Below are positions 14,720 through 27,870 of a stretch of 64,000 nucleotides of DNA, piece after piece; the first letter of the stretch is position 1; each line of letters starts with the position of its first letter. The position numbers and the translations under genes are program-made. The notes under the pieces were generated by a model. That model did no database searches. It was not told the origin of the DNA and worked only from the letters and a program-made list of their open reading frames with translations. The DNA lies in assembly GCA_965112155.1 (NCBI GenBank), contig OZ218105.1. One strand, written 5' to 3'. Source of the stretch: Podarcis liolepis (taxonomy: Eukaryota).

Positions 14720-15948
14720 CCTAATAGAGAGTCAACACAATTAGAACAGGATTTGGACTATTTCCCCGCCCCTCCCCATGGTGCCAGTTATAGTGAGTGT
14801 AGAACAGAAATGCTTGCAATAAAAACATTTTTTAGTTTTATTTTTTGAAAAATCAGCAGAAACACATGGCTAAACTACAAAATGCTAAGCTTTCTCCCTT
14901 GGGAGTAACTTGGTCACCTGTATTATTCTGTCACTGAGCTCTCTCCCACCCATCAGATATTTGTCGGAATGTGTTGTAAAGTAATACCATCTATCAGTTA
15001 ATTGTATATGCCAATCATCTGGACTGAATTTTCCTTATGTTCAAATATTCCTTACTGGATTTGTTCAACCCTGCTGATAAACTAGTTAACTGAAACGTTC
15101 AGACAGTTTACTATATATAGACTAAGGTTGCATGAAGACAGGAAAACAAATTGCGCAAAACAGATTTTGAAATGCAAAACTGTTTAGGTTGGTACACGGA
15201 GAAAAAAAACTTTGAAAAACTTTTAACTACTTTATGACAATCATGTTTTATTTGCTGCCTCATAGTCCATATGCTCAACCAAAGACCCACAGTTTTCAAA
15301 GCATAATTTTAGTGAATGGATAAGAAATAGTGAAGCATATCTGAGTTTTAAAAGTATCTAAACTTGATCATGTATACCGTAGTTATTTTTCCTAATGGTT
15401 GAGAATGAAAATAACAACATTGCCATTCCATTTTTCTGCTGTTTGTCCATTCTTGCTGATAATCATTAATGTAAAATATTCTGACACCTGAAGATTTACA
15501 TTAAAAAAGGAAAAGTTTTCTTTTCAATGGTGAATTTGCATATTTCCTTCAAACTTTTATCCTTGTGGAAGTTACAAGACATCTCTGGAATGGAAAATTT
15601 TCTAGAAGTTGGTTGCCATCTCCTGGAAGGCAAAGAAATTGCATGTTCTTTAGATAATAAATTGGCTCTCAAGTTCTTTTCCTGTATGGAGTTTTCAAAA
15701 AGTCTTGGCAGTTAGACTTCTGTTTATGGTTAAGGACAGTTTTGAGAGATTTCAGTTTCATTAAATATTTTTAATAGGTTTTACTATAACAAAACTGTCA
15801 TGGTCTTCTGTTTTTTCAACATTTGAGAAGTAAGTAAGTATGCTATGGCAATTTTCTTTGTTAAGAGCTTGCATAAAGAGTTTCAGGGGAAAGAATCCTG
15901 ATAAGAATCTGGCCTGTGAAGCCAAAAATGTTTCCGATCCTTGGTATA

Positions 15949-16326
15949 TGTCAGGGAACTGACATTGGAGGGAGAGGCGAAGGGGAGGCTCCCAGATGAT
16001 ACGGGCGAAGGACCCAGCAGCAGGGGGAGAAACAGCTCAGTAGAGGGGGAAGCCAATCAGCGCAACACCAGGGATAAAGGGGGGCAGACGGGGGAATTGG
16101 AGAGAGGGCTCCAGGACTCTTCACTGGACATCAGGGAGGAGAGCCCAGGTCCTCCGCTACCCACGCCTCCCTGCGCAGAAGACTCCCGTGCAGTGAGAGG
16201 AGGAGGAGACTGGGTGTCAAACAACTTTTATGTTGAAAGAGGTTCAAGAAACGCCCACTGACGGATTCTGCCAGTGACTGAGGCAGCCACCATGAGAAGG
16301 GGCTGCGCAGTCAGAAAGTTTTAACA
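15949..16326. mobile_element. Probable LTR fragment (Gypsy-like)
   Basis: Sharp-edged purine/GC-rich block starting TGTCA and ending ..AACA; no TSD identified. Confidence 0.4.
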
Positions 16327-17720
16327 AGGCAAATTAACCAAGAAAGGCACCAGTTTACGTGACTCAGAAGTAACTTCCATTGAGTTTAATGGGGCTTATT
16401 CATAGGGACAGACAAATTTGTCACTTTGAGTTTCTCTCAGATTTAGCATTGCCATATTCCCCAAAGTGAAAATCAGGATAAAGTTGTTTAGCTATTTAAA
16501 GGAACATCTCTCCCCCCCCCCCCAGCAGTTTGGGGGCTTCTTTTGGATTTTTAAAGCATTAAAAAAACCCACATCGCCCTACTTGCCATATGTCCAGGTT
16601 TCCTGAACATTGTGCCAATTCAGCAAAAATCCACCCAGACGCCATTTTTGCAGCCTGATTCCTGGATATGTCCAGGAAAACACAGCTGTATGGCAGCCTT
16701 ACTCAGTTTCTCATTTTCCCATTCTTAAGATTACTTCACTACACACACACACAGTTGGAGGACTGCATTGCAAAATTTGGAGAAGTGCAAATTTTGAAGG
16801 ATAACCAAAAACCATAGAAAGCGTAGTCTGTGATCTTATACCCACTTGCCTTCAGATTTAGTAGAGATGGTGGGGCAGAATTCAGTCTGATTCACATTTT
16901 AATGTGAACCTACCTAATTTTCAACTGTATATATTACAGCATCACACTGTGGCACTCTAGTGGTGCAGTTATTTTGTGCTACAGGCCTTATACAAATAAG
17001 AAGAAGGCCGTCTATAATAAACTTTAATACACTGTAGACTTTCTGCCCACCCTGAGCTACAATGATGATGCTTTTCTTCAGGAACATATAGCCATGCCTG
17101 GCACATAAATCAAACTCACACTGTTCTATCAACAAGGCAATATTCTTCATGGCATTCTGGATGTTGCCTGCTCAGAGTGGGAGCAGTTGGTGCTCAGAGA
17201 ATGCTAAACCAATAAATTGTCAATATTTGGAGAATGGCAGAGAACAACAGCAAACCGAAAATACTTTACAATCAGCTTTTGGATTAAAATATTCCTGCAA
17301 GTCCTCATTCTAAGCAGACAGGACTTGCAGACGTTATGTGGTTCAGTTGAAATCCTATAATAAGTTGTTTGTACAAAGAAAACTTATGGGGCTGAAATGG
17401 GACTGAAATTATGCAACTGTTCATTTCAGACTCGCCCATACTGCATTTTTCTTACATATTAATACACTCATTTTAATTAGCTCTTATCCCCCTGTGACCA
17501 GAGCTGGTTTAGAAGCTTCCTTCAGCATGGTAGCTACTGGGAAATTCTTGTGTTTGTGCAGAAAGACTTTGACACAAGGGCTTCGCGTGTGTTCCTGAGC
17601 ATATTTACCCGGAGATGGATCCTACAAATATTCAGCAGGCTTTTCTTTTAAGCAAGAAAACTCAAAATAAAACAGCCTAGCCCTCTGGATCAGCCATAGA
17701 TACATCAATGTCATCAACAG

Positions 17721-17857
17721 CAGGTTTCCTCAACCTCGGCCTTCCAGATATTTTTGGCCTACAACTCCCATGATCCCTAGCTAGCAGGACCAGTGGTCAG
17801 GGATGATGGGAATTGTAGTCTGAAAAACATCTGGAGGGCTGAGGCTGAGGAAGCCTG
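17721..17857. mobile_element. hAT-type MITE (palindromic)
   Basis: TIRs CAGGTTTCCTCAACCTC / GAGGCTGAGGAAGCCTG; perfect 8-bp TSD atcaacag. Confidence 0.88.
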
Positions 17858-19629
17858 ATCAACAGTGTGTCACTGCAGCAAAAGCAAAACCCAGTCCTCA
17901 AAATCAAGGAAGAGTCATCTTGCGGGATTCTTCGGCTCTTAGATCCAGGATGAGTCCACAAAACATTGTACAAGGGGTTCAGAATGCATCTGTCTGTAAT
18001 CTCATTGGCACAACAGCCCTAGCGTATTAAGATATAGGCAGGGAAAAAAGACAAAGTTGGAACTATGTTCCTACGGGCTGCACTACAAAAAAACATTACA
18101 CAAGCTATGTGGAACAGTACACAAAATAAATTAAAAGGGAGGGGGAAAGAGGATATTGTCAAAAATAAGGGAAGAACCAAGTGACGGAAAAACATGGCAT
18201 ATTGGCTAAAAAGAAAGATGGCGCACGGTGGCACTTACACAACTTGCTTCTTTTAAGAAAACAATGGAGGTTATTACAACACTTCATGGCAGGTGATATT
18301 CTGAGGAAATATAATGAAAGGCTTGGACTAAAGGCAAATTATGCACAGGATGCTCTTAACTGGGGGGAAAAGAGCCTCTGAAATTATCCTTAATCAATAG
18401 TGGTGTTTGGTCTGCTCAGTAGTAAACATACTTGAGAGGGGATGACCTGATTAAAAGCAGTATTTAAAATGGAAAATAAAATAAAACCGGCAATGGAAAA
18501 CAAAATTGGCAATGTAGTGAATAATTGAATTGATTTCATCAATCAATCCATTTTTAGGCTATCCCGTTGTGAAAATCTAAAACAGCAACATTAAGAGCAC
18601 CAACAACCAAACCTCATACTCTGTGTAAAGTAGGATATAACGAGCAACCTGCTATCGCTGTTTGCAGGTAAATATTCTGGTATTATTCAAAGAATATGCT
18701 TGTCCTTTGTAATTTATAAAAGTAATACAGTTCACTTCGGTAGACTTTTTGGAGATAAAGATTTAGAGACTGGCTCAAGTTTGAGTTTTTGATGAGTTGG
18801 AAAAACACCAGGAGCAAATTGTTTACTTGGATTATTTTCAGAGTCACCTGGGTACTTCAGAACTTGCTGTCATCAATCTGCGCCATGTTCTTTAAGGTGT
18901 AGGATATTCTGTTAGGGAACATGTATTTTTTGCTAATAAAAGCCAAAATCCACAAGGGATGCTATAGCTTACATTTTGAACCACATCTGCAGGGAAAAGG
19001 GTTGTAGGTGAAACTAAGAAGTGAAGGTTACTGGATTCAGGACCAAAACAATTTACCTCCAGGATACACATACATCCTCCCCCTTTTGGGACATGACATA
19101 TTCCCTAAGTATTATAAACTATTGGATACTTACTTTTGAATGGTTTCAAGGCTCCAGCTTCTCCCGTTGTTGATCTATGGATCAGGTCGGAGTTCAGAAA
19201 CATTTAAGATGGTGTTACTAAATTATGGCTGTAAGAATCCACGCACAAGGGATTTCCTGTAGCCCTGTTTCAAAGCTAGCTCTTTTTCTTCATACTTCCA
19301 TTCATTTTTGAGATAACAACAGGAGAAAGGGGAATGCAGAGGACAGATCACCTAGGAGTATATATGTATATTCCTGTGATATCTGCTACTGTTTCCACCT
19401 GGCAGATAGACAGCTTGTGCAAACTACAGCTGGAATCCACTGTGCATACTAGAGCTATCTATCTGCCAGCCTCCTCATATGTAAATATTAAGAAAGGCTT
19501 CATTACCTATTACCACATTTTCAATCTGCTTCTAGCTGCTGGCACCAGGCTTCAGCCATTATGATGCAAAGCAGCTACCTTATGAAGCAGAATTCTGTTC
19601 TTTCTATTAGGAAGATGTATCATAGCTTG

Positions 19630-19976
19630 GGACACGGGTGGCGCTGTGGGTTAAACCACAGAGCCTAGGACTTGCCGATCAGAAGGTCAGCAGTCCGAAT
19701 CCCCGCAACGGGGTGAGCTCCCGTTGTTCGGTCCCTGCTCCTGCCAACCTAGCAGTTCGAAAGCACGTCAAAGTGCAAGTAGATAAATAGGTACTACTCC
19801 GGCGGGAAGGTAAACGGCTTTTCCGTGCGCTGCTCTGGTTCGCCAGAAGTGGCTTAGTCATGCTGGCCACATGACCCAGAAGCTGTACACTGGCTCCCTC
19901 GGCCAATAAAGTGAGATGAGCGCCGCAACCCCAGAGTCGTTCACGACTGGACCTAATGGTCAGGGGTCCCTTTACC
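19630..19976 (+). mobile_element. Sauria SINE, full length
   Basis: tRNA-derived head with A/B boxes and a TTTACC tail; 12-bp TSD tatcatagcttg. Confidence 0.95.
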
Positions 19977-19985
19977 TATCATAGC

Positions 19986-20323
19986 TTGAGAGTCCCATGA
20001 ACTGCAAGAAGATCAAACCTATCCATTCTTAAGGAAATCAGCCCTGAGTGCTCACTGGAAGGACAGATCGTGAAGCTGAGGCTCCAATACTTTGGCCACC
20101 TCATGAGAAGAGAAGACTCCCTGAAAAGACCCTGATGTTGGGAAAGATGGAGGGCACAAGGAGAAGGGGACGACAGAGGACGAGATGGTTGGACAGTGTT
20201 CTCGAAGCTACCAGCATGAGTTTGACCAAACTGCGGGAGGCAGTGAAAGATAGGAGTGCCTGGCGCGCTCTGGTCCATGGGGTCACGAAGAGTCAGACAT
20301 GACTAAATGACTAAACAACAACA
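19986..20323 (+). mobile_element. Bov-B (RTE clade) LINE, 5'-truncated 3' fragment
   Basis: Encodes EKTLMLGKMEGTRRRGRQRTRWLD...WRALVHGVTKS and ends in a (CAA)n tail; flanked by atcatagc repeats. Confidence 0.92.
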
Positions 20324-20329
20324 ATCATA

Positions 20330-20585
20330 GCATACAGAATTGTAGAGTTGGAAAGGACCCCAAGCCCCTGCAATGCAGGAATCTCAGCTTAAGCATCCAT
20401 GACAGATGGCTATCCAGCCTCTGCTGAAAACCCCCCAAGGAAGGGGAGTCCACAACCTCCCGAGGGAGACTGTTTCACTGTTGAACAGCTCTTACTGGGA
20501 GAAAGTTTTTCCTGATATTTAGTCAGAATCTCTTTTCTTGCGACTTGAAGTCATTGGTTTGAGTCCTATGCTCCAGAGCAGGAGG
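20330..20585 (-). mobile_element. CR1 LINE 3' fragment
   Basis: agaattgtagagttggaaaggacc...tccagcctctgctgaaaa...ggagtccac...ttttcctgatatttag, typical of the reverse strand of a CR1 3' end. Confidence 0.75.
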
Positions 20586-20667
20586 CTGCACCCAGCTAAC
20601 TGACAGAGCAAGATGAAGGATAAGGATCTCTGTATCATGAGGAAAGCCATAATATTCACATTCAGTA

Positions 20668-20882
20668 CAGTGGTACCTCAGGTTAAGAACTTAATTCGTT
20701 CTGGAGGTCCGTTCTTAATCTGAAACTGTTCTTAACCTGAGGTACCACTTTAGCTAATGGGACCTCCCGCTGCTGCCGCACAATTTCTGTTCTCACCCTG
20801 AAGCAAAGTTCTTAACCGGAGGTACTATTTCTGGGTTAGCGGAGTCTGTAATCTGAAGCGTCTGTAACCCGAGGTACCACTG
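20668..20882. mobile_element. Tc1/mariner (pogo/Tigger-like) MITE
   Basis: TIR CAGTGGTACCTC...GAGGTACCACTG flanked by TA on both sides. Confidence 0.88.
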
Positions 20883-21473
20883 TACTGTATCAGAATCCCA
20901 CTAACGTTTCACAACACTTTAATCAGAACCTACTGAACTTAGGATACAGGTTATAGGCACTGAGGTCAAACAACATATGGACGGCACCACACTGGCAGCC
21001 CAAGCAAGTGTTGAGTTTGTCTATCTGATTTTGGGGGGATTCATCCCCAAGCTGGTTTCTTTCCCTCTCCTTTACTGGGTCAGGAGAAGAAGAACCTGGA
21101 AGATTACATCAGCTACACTGACAATTATATGTTTGTTAATTATTCTGAGGAAATTGCTTCCATTACCATAGCAGTCTGTAATTACCTTTGCATGAGCTTT
21201 GAAATGAGCTATTCCTCTTTAGCCCCCTGATTGATAACAGGTTGTTGATGACATACCAAGGCCGTTGCTGGCTTCATGCATGTATGCTTTGGTCTCTAGC
21301 TGTTGGATGAGGTTCCCAAGAATGGGACGTTTTGGTGGTCCCCCACACCCTCCAGGTTAAGTCAGTCTTTAACCAGGAAAGGGCCTTTAGTGTAGTGAGC
21401 CCTGTCTTGTGGAACACCCTGCCAGTGGAAGTGCAGCAGGAGTTAGCCCTGCTTTCTTTAAGACATCTTTGAC

Positions 21474-21655
21474 AAGGTAAAAGGCGTTTCCGTGCGCTGC
21501 TCTGGTTCGCCAGAAGCGGCTTAGTCATGCTGGCCACATGACCCGGACGCTGTACGCCAGCTCCCTCAGCCAATAAAGCGAGATGAGCGCCACAACCCCA
21601 GAATCAGTCACGACTGGACCTAATGGTCAGGGGTCCCTTTACCTTTACCTTTACC
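21474..21655 (+). mobile_element. 5'-truncated Sauria SINE inserted into an L2 3' remnant (~21290-21790)
   Basis: 3' half of the SINE with a (TTTACC)3 tail; the upstream host encodes RAFSVVSPVLWNTLP. Confidence 0.88.
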
Positions 21656-22334
21656 GGCCTTTGGAACATGGTAAAAGAACAAAAACAAATCAACTATTGT
21701 TATAGTATTCAGTTTCCATGTTGTAATGTAAATAAACTTGATCTACTGTTCTGAAAGTGCAGCCTATGAATATTTTGAATAAATAAATACAGGAATAAAT
21801 AAATAAATATGGAAACTGCTGGTTTGAATTAGTCTGTTTCAAAAGTGCTTTGAGTTTCTCTATCACAAGGAATTAACTTTGGGTCCTGTTAAAAACAGCC
21901 TGGCTGTAAAGTGACAGACACCAATATATTCATTCCTGATAACCAAGGCAATCGGAATTCTGTTTCCTGAAAGATTCCACCCAATTTACATTTACTAGAA
22001 ATGGAGGCTTGTCTCAGAGCTGGACCAGGATCCATAACAGTGATCTTGTAAGAACATAAGACAAGCCCTGCTGGATTGAACCAAACACCCATCTAGTCTG
22101 GCATTCTGTGTATGGGAAGCCCACAAACAGATCATGAGCATAATAGCACTCTTCCATTCGTATTTTCCAGGAACCAGTGTTGCCATAGTGATTAATAGCC
22201 GCAGGTAGCCTTTTCCTCCACCCATGTGTCTAATCTCCTTTATTTTTAATATTTATTTATTAGATTTATATACTACTGCCCTTCATCAAAAGATCTTGGG
22301 GCTGTTCACAAGACAAAGTGAGCCAAGTTTGCAT

Positions 22335-22737
22335 GCTCTATTCCGAACTTTAAAATGGAAAGCGTAATGCTGGTGGTCAGCAAAAGAGGTTCAAAAACTC
22401 TCTCAAGGCAAATCTTTAAAAAGTAGTACAAACACTGAAAACTGGGAAACACTGGCCTGCGAGTGTTCCAATTGGAGAACAGCCTTTACCAAAGGTGTCA
22501 TGCGTTTTGAAGATGCTCGAACTCAGGACAAAAGGGAGAAATGCGCTAAGAGGAAGGCAAGTTTAGCAAATCCTCACCATGACCAACTCCTGCCCAGAAA
22601 CCTATGTCCCCACTGTGGAAGGACATGTGGATCCAGAACTGGCCTCCACAGTCACTTACAGACTAACTGTTAAAACCATGTTTAAGGAAGACAATCTTAC
22701 TTGGTTATGAGTGATCGCCAAAGAAGATGAAGAAGAC
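22335..22737 (+). mobile_element. RTE-clade LINE 3' fragment
   Basis: Encodes NGKRNAGGQQKRFK and a terminal CPHCGRTCGSRTGLHSH zinc knuckle, followed by a (GAA)n tail. Confidence 0.8.
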
Positions 22738-22869
22738 ACCAGAAAAATCCACATTCTGATGTCTCATTTTGGATGAGCTACATGAACAAAATTGCAGGAG
22801 AAAACTATTTCTATTTTTGAACACACTGGCTGAAGGCTGTTCCATGAACAAATACATGTGTTTTAGTAA

Positions 22870-23200
22870 TGTGCTAACTGGGTATCTGCAGTCGGGAACA
22901 GGCTGGATGAGAGCTAATAAACTGAATCTCAATCCAAACAAAATGGTGTCCAAGAAGATAGTTCTCATTCCTTCCTAGATGTAGATGTACTAGAAGCAGA
23001 TGAGGCTTTCAGAGTAGGCCTGCTATTAGATCTGTTATTGTCTTTGGACAACCAGCCGGCATCCATGGCCTGAAATAGTCTTTCACCAATTTGGTCAGTG
23101 TCCTACCTATTGCCTCTCCTTAATAAAGAAATATAGATAGCCTTCCCACAGTTATCCATGGTCTGGTAACTTTGAGGTTAGGTTACTATAATGTACTGTG
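22870..23200 (+). mobile_element. L2 LINE RT-region remnant
   Basis: GWMRANKLNLNPNK motif and a downstream degenerate RLxYxN motif. Confidence 0.65.
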
Positions 23201-26139
23201 GCTACGGCTACGATTGATACAGATCAGAACAGAATGTGCCGAGGATCACATTGATTTTTGCTCATTCATAAATGTCTGCAATAACCATTAAGAATGGTGT
23301 GCTGATGTGCTCTGGGAGTTCTCCAGCGCTTAGCCTATTTACAGCTTTAGACAACCTGGACAGATTGTACATGGAAGTTTCCTGAATTGTTAACATCACC
23401 ATTTGGCTAAAGAGGAGCATCGTGCTTTGAAAATTCCACTGTGCCTTGTCTCAGTCAAAACAGTATTGTAAAGGGTGCAATAATATACAAAGTGACAAGA
23501 TGGAAGTGGTAGGTCGAGTATGTCTAGGCATATGGCTGGAGTTCAGTGCTAAGGAGAATGTGAAGGTGGACTCTCTGGCCCCCTAGAATACCTGGGAGAA
23601 ACTCACTGTCATAATGCAGGCTAGCATTGGGCTGAAAGGTGGCACTGCGGAAACATACAATTGGAGGCAACTGACACGAGGAGTAGGCAGAAGCAGAGTA
23701 CTTCCAGAAGCCAAGCAGCTGCACAGGAGTTCTTATAAGGCATGGGTCTAGCTGATAAATGGCCATGTGCTTTGAGTGGAACCATCATTTTCAAGACCTT
23801 TGTCAAAAGCCTGGCAAATCTGGAACTATAATTAATGATCTGATAAAGTTAATAGTCTTTACTTGGGCTGGATCATTAATTTTTTAAAAATAATAATCAG
23901 AAAAATGTGTTGTAGAGCTCATAATGGGGAATCAAATTGCCAAAGAATCGAACTCTACAGCACCATCTGGTGTCACATTTAATTTTAATTTTTTATTTTA
24001 CTAATGTAGCTGAGTGCCAGGACTCATGTGCAACTATTTGCCTATTTTATAGTTTTGTTTTTCATGTTTTAATTTTCATTTGTTGTTATAATTGTTTTAT
24101 ATACACTATAAAAAGAAATAATGAAAAGCTTTTTCTTAAAAAAATAATAATCAGTGCCTCCAAACCATTTGCTTTCCCCTCAGTAACAATATTCTGCCTC
24201 ACATAAGTAGGTTTCAAAAGTATGATTTTAAGGGAAGTTGGAGTTGTTGGTAATAATATTTTCAAAAGTGGATACTGCACGAACCCATAAAAATAAAAGT
24301 TTTCTTACTGGTAACTCAGGGCCTTCATTGTCTTTGCAAACAAACAAACAAAAATCCACAGAAGAGGAAATCATGAAAAGAAACCTTTGAGGTAACATAT
24401 GAAGAATACAATGAAAAAGCTCTTTATTATCATGGAGGAAGGTAAACACCTAGTACAAAGAGAAGTATGTATGAAAATGGAAAGCCCTATTGTTTATTCA
24501 GAGGTATGAAAAGAAATAGGTCAGTTAGTTTGTTTCCATGGTGACTATTATTGAAATAAGACAAACTGACATCAAAGCTGATTTATTTTACTACTCGTTA
24601 CCTTCTCTTAAAATCATTTTTATCCGAGATCTCAACTGGATATAAAAACACTCTTTGGAAGAGCTTTCACAAGAAGATTTTGTCATTGTTTATTAACGGG
24701 GAGAACGTACGGTGTAGAATATCCCATCAAAACAGCTCAGTTTTATGGAGCAACAATATTCCCAGCCTACTCCAAAATTGTCAATACTGCACAAAAGTCA
24801 AAGCCCTGAATGCTTCCTTTGTTTACTTGTAGATTAAGGGCACAATTTTGGATCTGCTGATGTCACATGCATTTGTTTATTTTAATAAAACAAGAATTGC
24901 ATTCTATGATTGTGGAGTTATTCATTCTGACCATTAAACACTAGATCCCATTGATGAGAGGGGGAAATCTTAATCCCATATTAAACTAATGACCTGAATA
25001 TTAGCTTCCACTGCACTTAACAGCAAAAAGGGAAAGAAAAAAAAAACATTCCCAAGGCAGCAAACCCCAAAAAGAACTGTTCTATTTTTCTACTGGTTTT
25101 TCCTTGTTGTAGAAAATTTGGGTGTCAATATGTACATAGCAACTTTTCTTTCTGTAAGTATGCATATTTCTATAGACACCCTGGCAGATCAAATCTGCAG
25201 TTGAGTTAAACTGGCTGAGTAGCTGTAGTTTTTTTATTTTTAACACAATTTAAATATGCCTTAATAATCTACAACCTGTAAGCAGAATATAAAATGTAAA
25301 TAAAAGTCTGGCAGAGCTCATTATAATTTCTCCGATGCCCTCAATGTAGTGTTGCTCTGGAGCACATTGTTAGGTTTTAAGACATGCAGTTCTTAAAGAT
25401 TTCAATTAATGTTCTGCATTTTAATTAAGTTGTACACTGCCCTGGGGGGATGTTCTAGAAATACAATAAATAAAAATGGAAAATTTAAATGGTGGCTATA
25501 TCCATAATTTTTAAACTCTTACTTTCAATTATAACATCTCTTTTAGCTACACAACAATTCTTACAGGATCATTAAACAAAATTGACAGTTGAAAACTCTG
25601 AACTTGCCTAAAATTTACCGTACTAATCTTTACAGGCAAAACCCCCACAAACATACTCCTGCAGTTCCTCCTCAACCTAGCTTAGCCTATGAAACTAAGC
25701 TGCTTCTATTTTCCACTTTCTGAGTAGGTTTTTTTACTGGGCTGCCTGTTATGTTCATTATCTAGCAGCACACAGGGGGGCACCAATTAAAGGTTTCTAA
25801 ACTTGTTTAATACTTTTGAATGTTGCAGTTGCTGTGCATTCATGCTGTATATTTGTGCTCTTAAAAATCTATAAATAACTCCAGCAGTTTCCTTTTGAGA
25901 TCATTTTGCCCTGCTGAGCTCCAAGGTCTTTTTCTATTCATCCGTTGCTCAGTCTATGTACTTGTGGCTGATGACATCAGCAGAGTCCCATTAAGTGAAT
26001 TACAGCCTTGTATTCTCTCTAGCGCCATCCCTAATGCTGTGCCCTAAGTTCCCCCGAGTTCAATGCACTAACATAACTCACGGGTTGCTGCATATGTTCT
26101 CCCAATTCTCTCAAGTTTGTGCTGTGGTTGGTTTGCCTC

Positions 26140-26480
26140 CTTACACCTTGCATTCCTGTTCTTTGTAGGTAAGGTAATGGAGAAGGTTGTGGTGGGGCAA
26201 CAGCAGGCATTTTTGGAATATAATCATTATCTAGACCCATCTGAGTGTGGGTTCAAGCTTAGTCTTGGAAATGAACTGGACTTGGTCACTCTGGTGGACG
26301 AGTTTTATCCAGAACAGGAGTGCAACTTTGCTCCTCTTTTCTTGATCTCTTTGTGGCTTTTGATACTATCTGGCCATGGTCTCCTCCTGGACCATCTTCG
26401 TGGCTATTTAGGGTTGCAGTGTTACAGTGGTTCTTGTCCTACCTAAGGGGCCAAGTCCACAGAATTGTGTTGGCAGTTGT
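26140..26480 (+). mobile_element. L2 LINE RT remnant
   Basis: Frameshifted GKVMEKVV..LDP..GF..LDL..AFDTI..LQWFLSYL motifs. Confidence 0.7.
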
Positions 26481-26889
26481 CTTTAATATGTTTCTCCAAT
26501 TAATCCCAACACCATTCTCCAGTCTTTAACCACTCTCTTGTCCACAAAGCCAAGAAACTTCTGTGTTCCTGGCATACACAACATTTCGCTTGCTGTATTT
26601 TCCCATGAAGTGAGATACCGCTGTTCACTCTCCTGTTGCATGGCTACTGCCTTTTCAATGTCACTTAAACTGTGGCTGAATGAGCATAATAAATACAAGT
26701 GGTAAGAATACTGTAATAAATATGAATTCAGAGGGAGGCACATGAATCAGAACTGAAGCCTGATGCTCAAAATGCAGGCATAGTTAAATGAGTCTATAAT
26801 CAGTAGCCACCAACAGTGCAACCCTAACCATGTTTGCTCGAAGCAAGTCCTGCTAAATTCACTGGGACTTACTCCTATATCGGAGTGTA

Positions 26890-27870
26890 CGGGTGTCAGG
26901 GGAGGAGTCGTACCTCTGGTGGGGGACACGTCATGGTCCTTCTGGGGTAGTTTGCCTGTCTTTAGTCCCCATCCCCATCTCTGCTCTCACCTATGGCTCC
27001 TAGAAGCTGTCAGCATTCAACAGTGGCCACATCCCAGGAACGGCTTTGACTAGCGGGCAAAACCAAGTGAGGGTAGCCGATGGGTCTCAAACCCTCAGCG
27101 AGTTAGGGACTTCCCCTGTATGCAAATACAGGCTCTGGCAGAATTAGCAGACAAGACCAATAGTGGGTCCAGTTTCTGTACATGCTGTAGAGTGAAGTGA
27201 GGGGCAGACGGGGATTGCCAGCCTGGTAAGGTAGCCCTTCTAGAATGAAAGCTTTGATTCTAAACCTCTGCTAGTTTGTGGGACGTAAGGTTAAGGAGCA
27301 AACCCTCCATGAATTTAGTGGGGAGTCACTAAGAGGGTTGGATGGACCCTGTATGCCTTTTTCTGGTAAAGCTGGTGCCAAACATATTGCTCTGCTCTCC
27401 TTTGGCCCACATCAGCAGAGGTAAGGTAAAGGTAAAGGACCCCTGGATGGTAAAGTCCAGTCAAAGGTGACTATGGGAGTGCAGAGCTCATCTTGCTTTC
27501 AGGCCGAGGGAGCCGCAAACATCTTTCCAGGTCATGTGGCCAGCATGACAAAACCCCTTCTGGTGCAACGGAACACTATGACGAAAACCAGAGCGCACAG
27601 AAAGACCGTTTACCTTCCTGCCGCAGTGGTACATATTTATTTACTTGCATTGTCGTGCTTTCAAACTGCTAGGTTGGCAACAGTTGGGACAGAGCAATGG
27701 GAGCTCACCCCGTCGTGGGGATTCGAACAACCCCGAGAGGCTCAGTGGTTCAGACCACAGCGTCACCTGCATCCAATCATAAAGGGGATCTTGTTGTCTG
27801 GGCAGCCCAGGACCTCCATACAGTGCTCCCAGCCTTGCTCCCCAGGAGGTCTCTTTGGTGCTGCTAACAC
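26890..27870 (+). mobile_element. RTE-type LINE 5' UTR-like element, interrupted by a Sauria SINE
   Basis: Motifs aagctggtgccaaac.tattgctctgct..cctttgg.ccacatcagc and tctgggcagcccaggacctccatac resemble RTE 5' regions and continue on both sides of the SINE. Family assignment is from recall. Confidence 0.5.
27420..27774 (-). mobile_element. Sauria SINE, divergent subfamily
   Basis: (AAAGGT)n tail on the left; diverged body relative to the 19630 copy. Confidence 0.85.

Noticed and set aside
19630-19710. tRNA-like A/B boxes (also at 34080 and 30690)
   Set aside because: They are SINE heads that continue into SINE bodies, two of them with TSDs; not tRNA genes.
19679-20302. Recurring ORFs (MAEGA...GHVASMTKPLLANQSS; also at 2312, 21274, 27467, 34129) suggesting a gene family
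   Set aside because: These are antisense translations of Sauria SINE copies and a Bov-B fragment, not genes.
22604-22670. C2H2-like motif CPHCGRTC...HSH as a stray zinc-finger exon
   Set aside because: It is the terminal zinc knuckle of an RTE LINE fragment.
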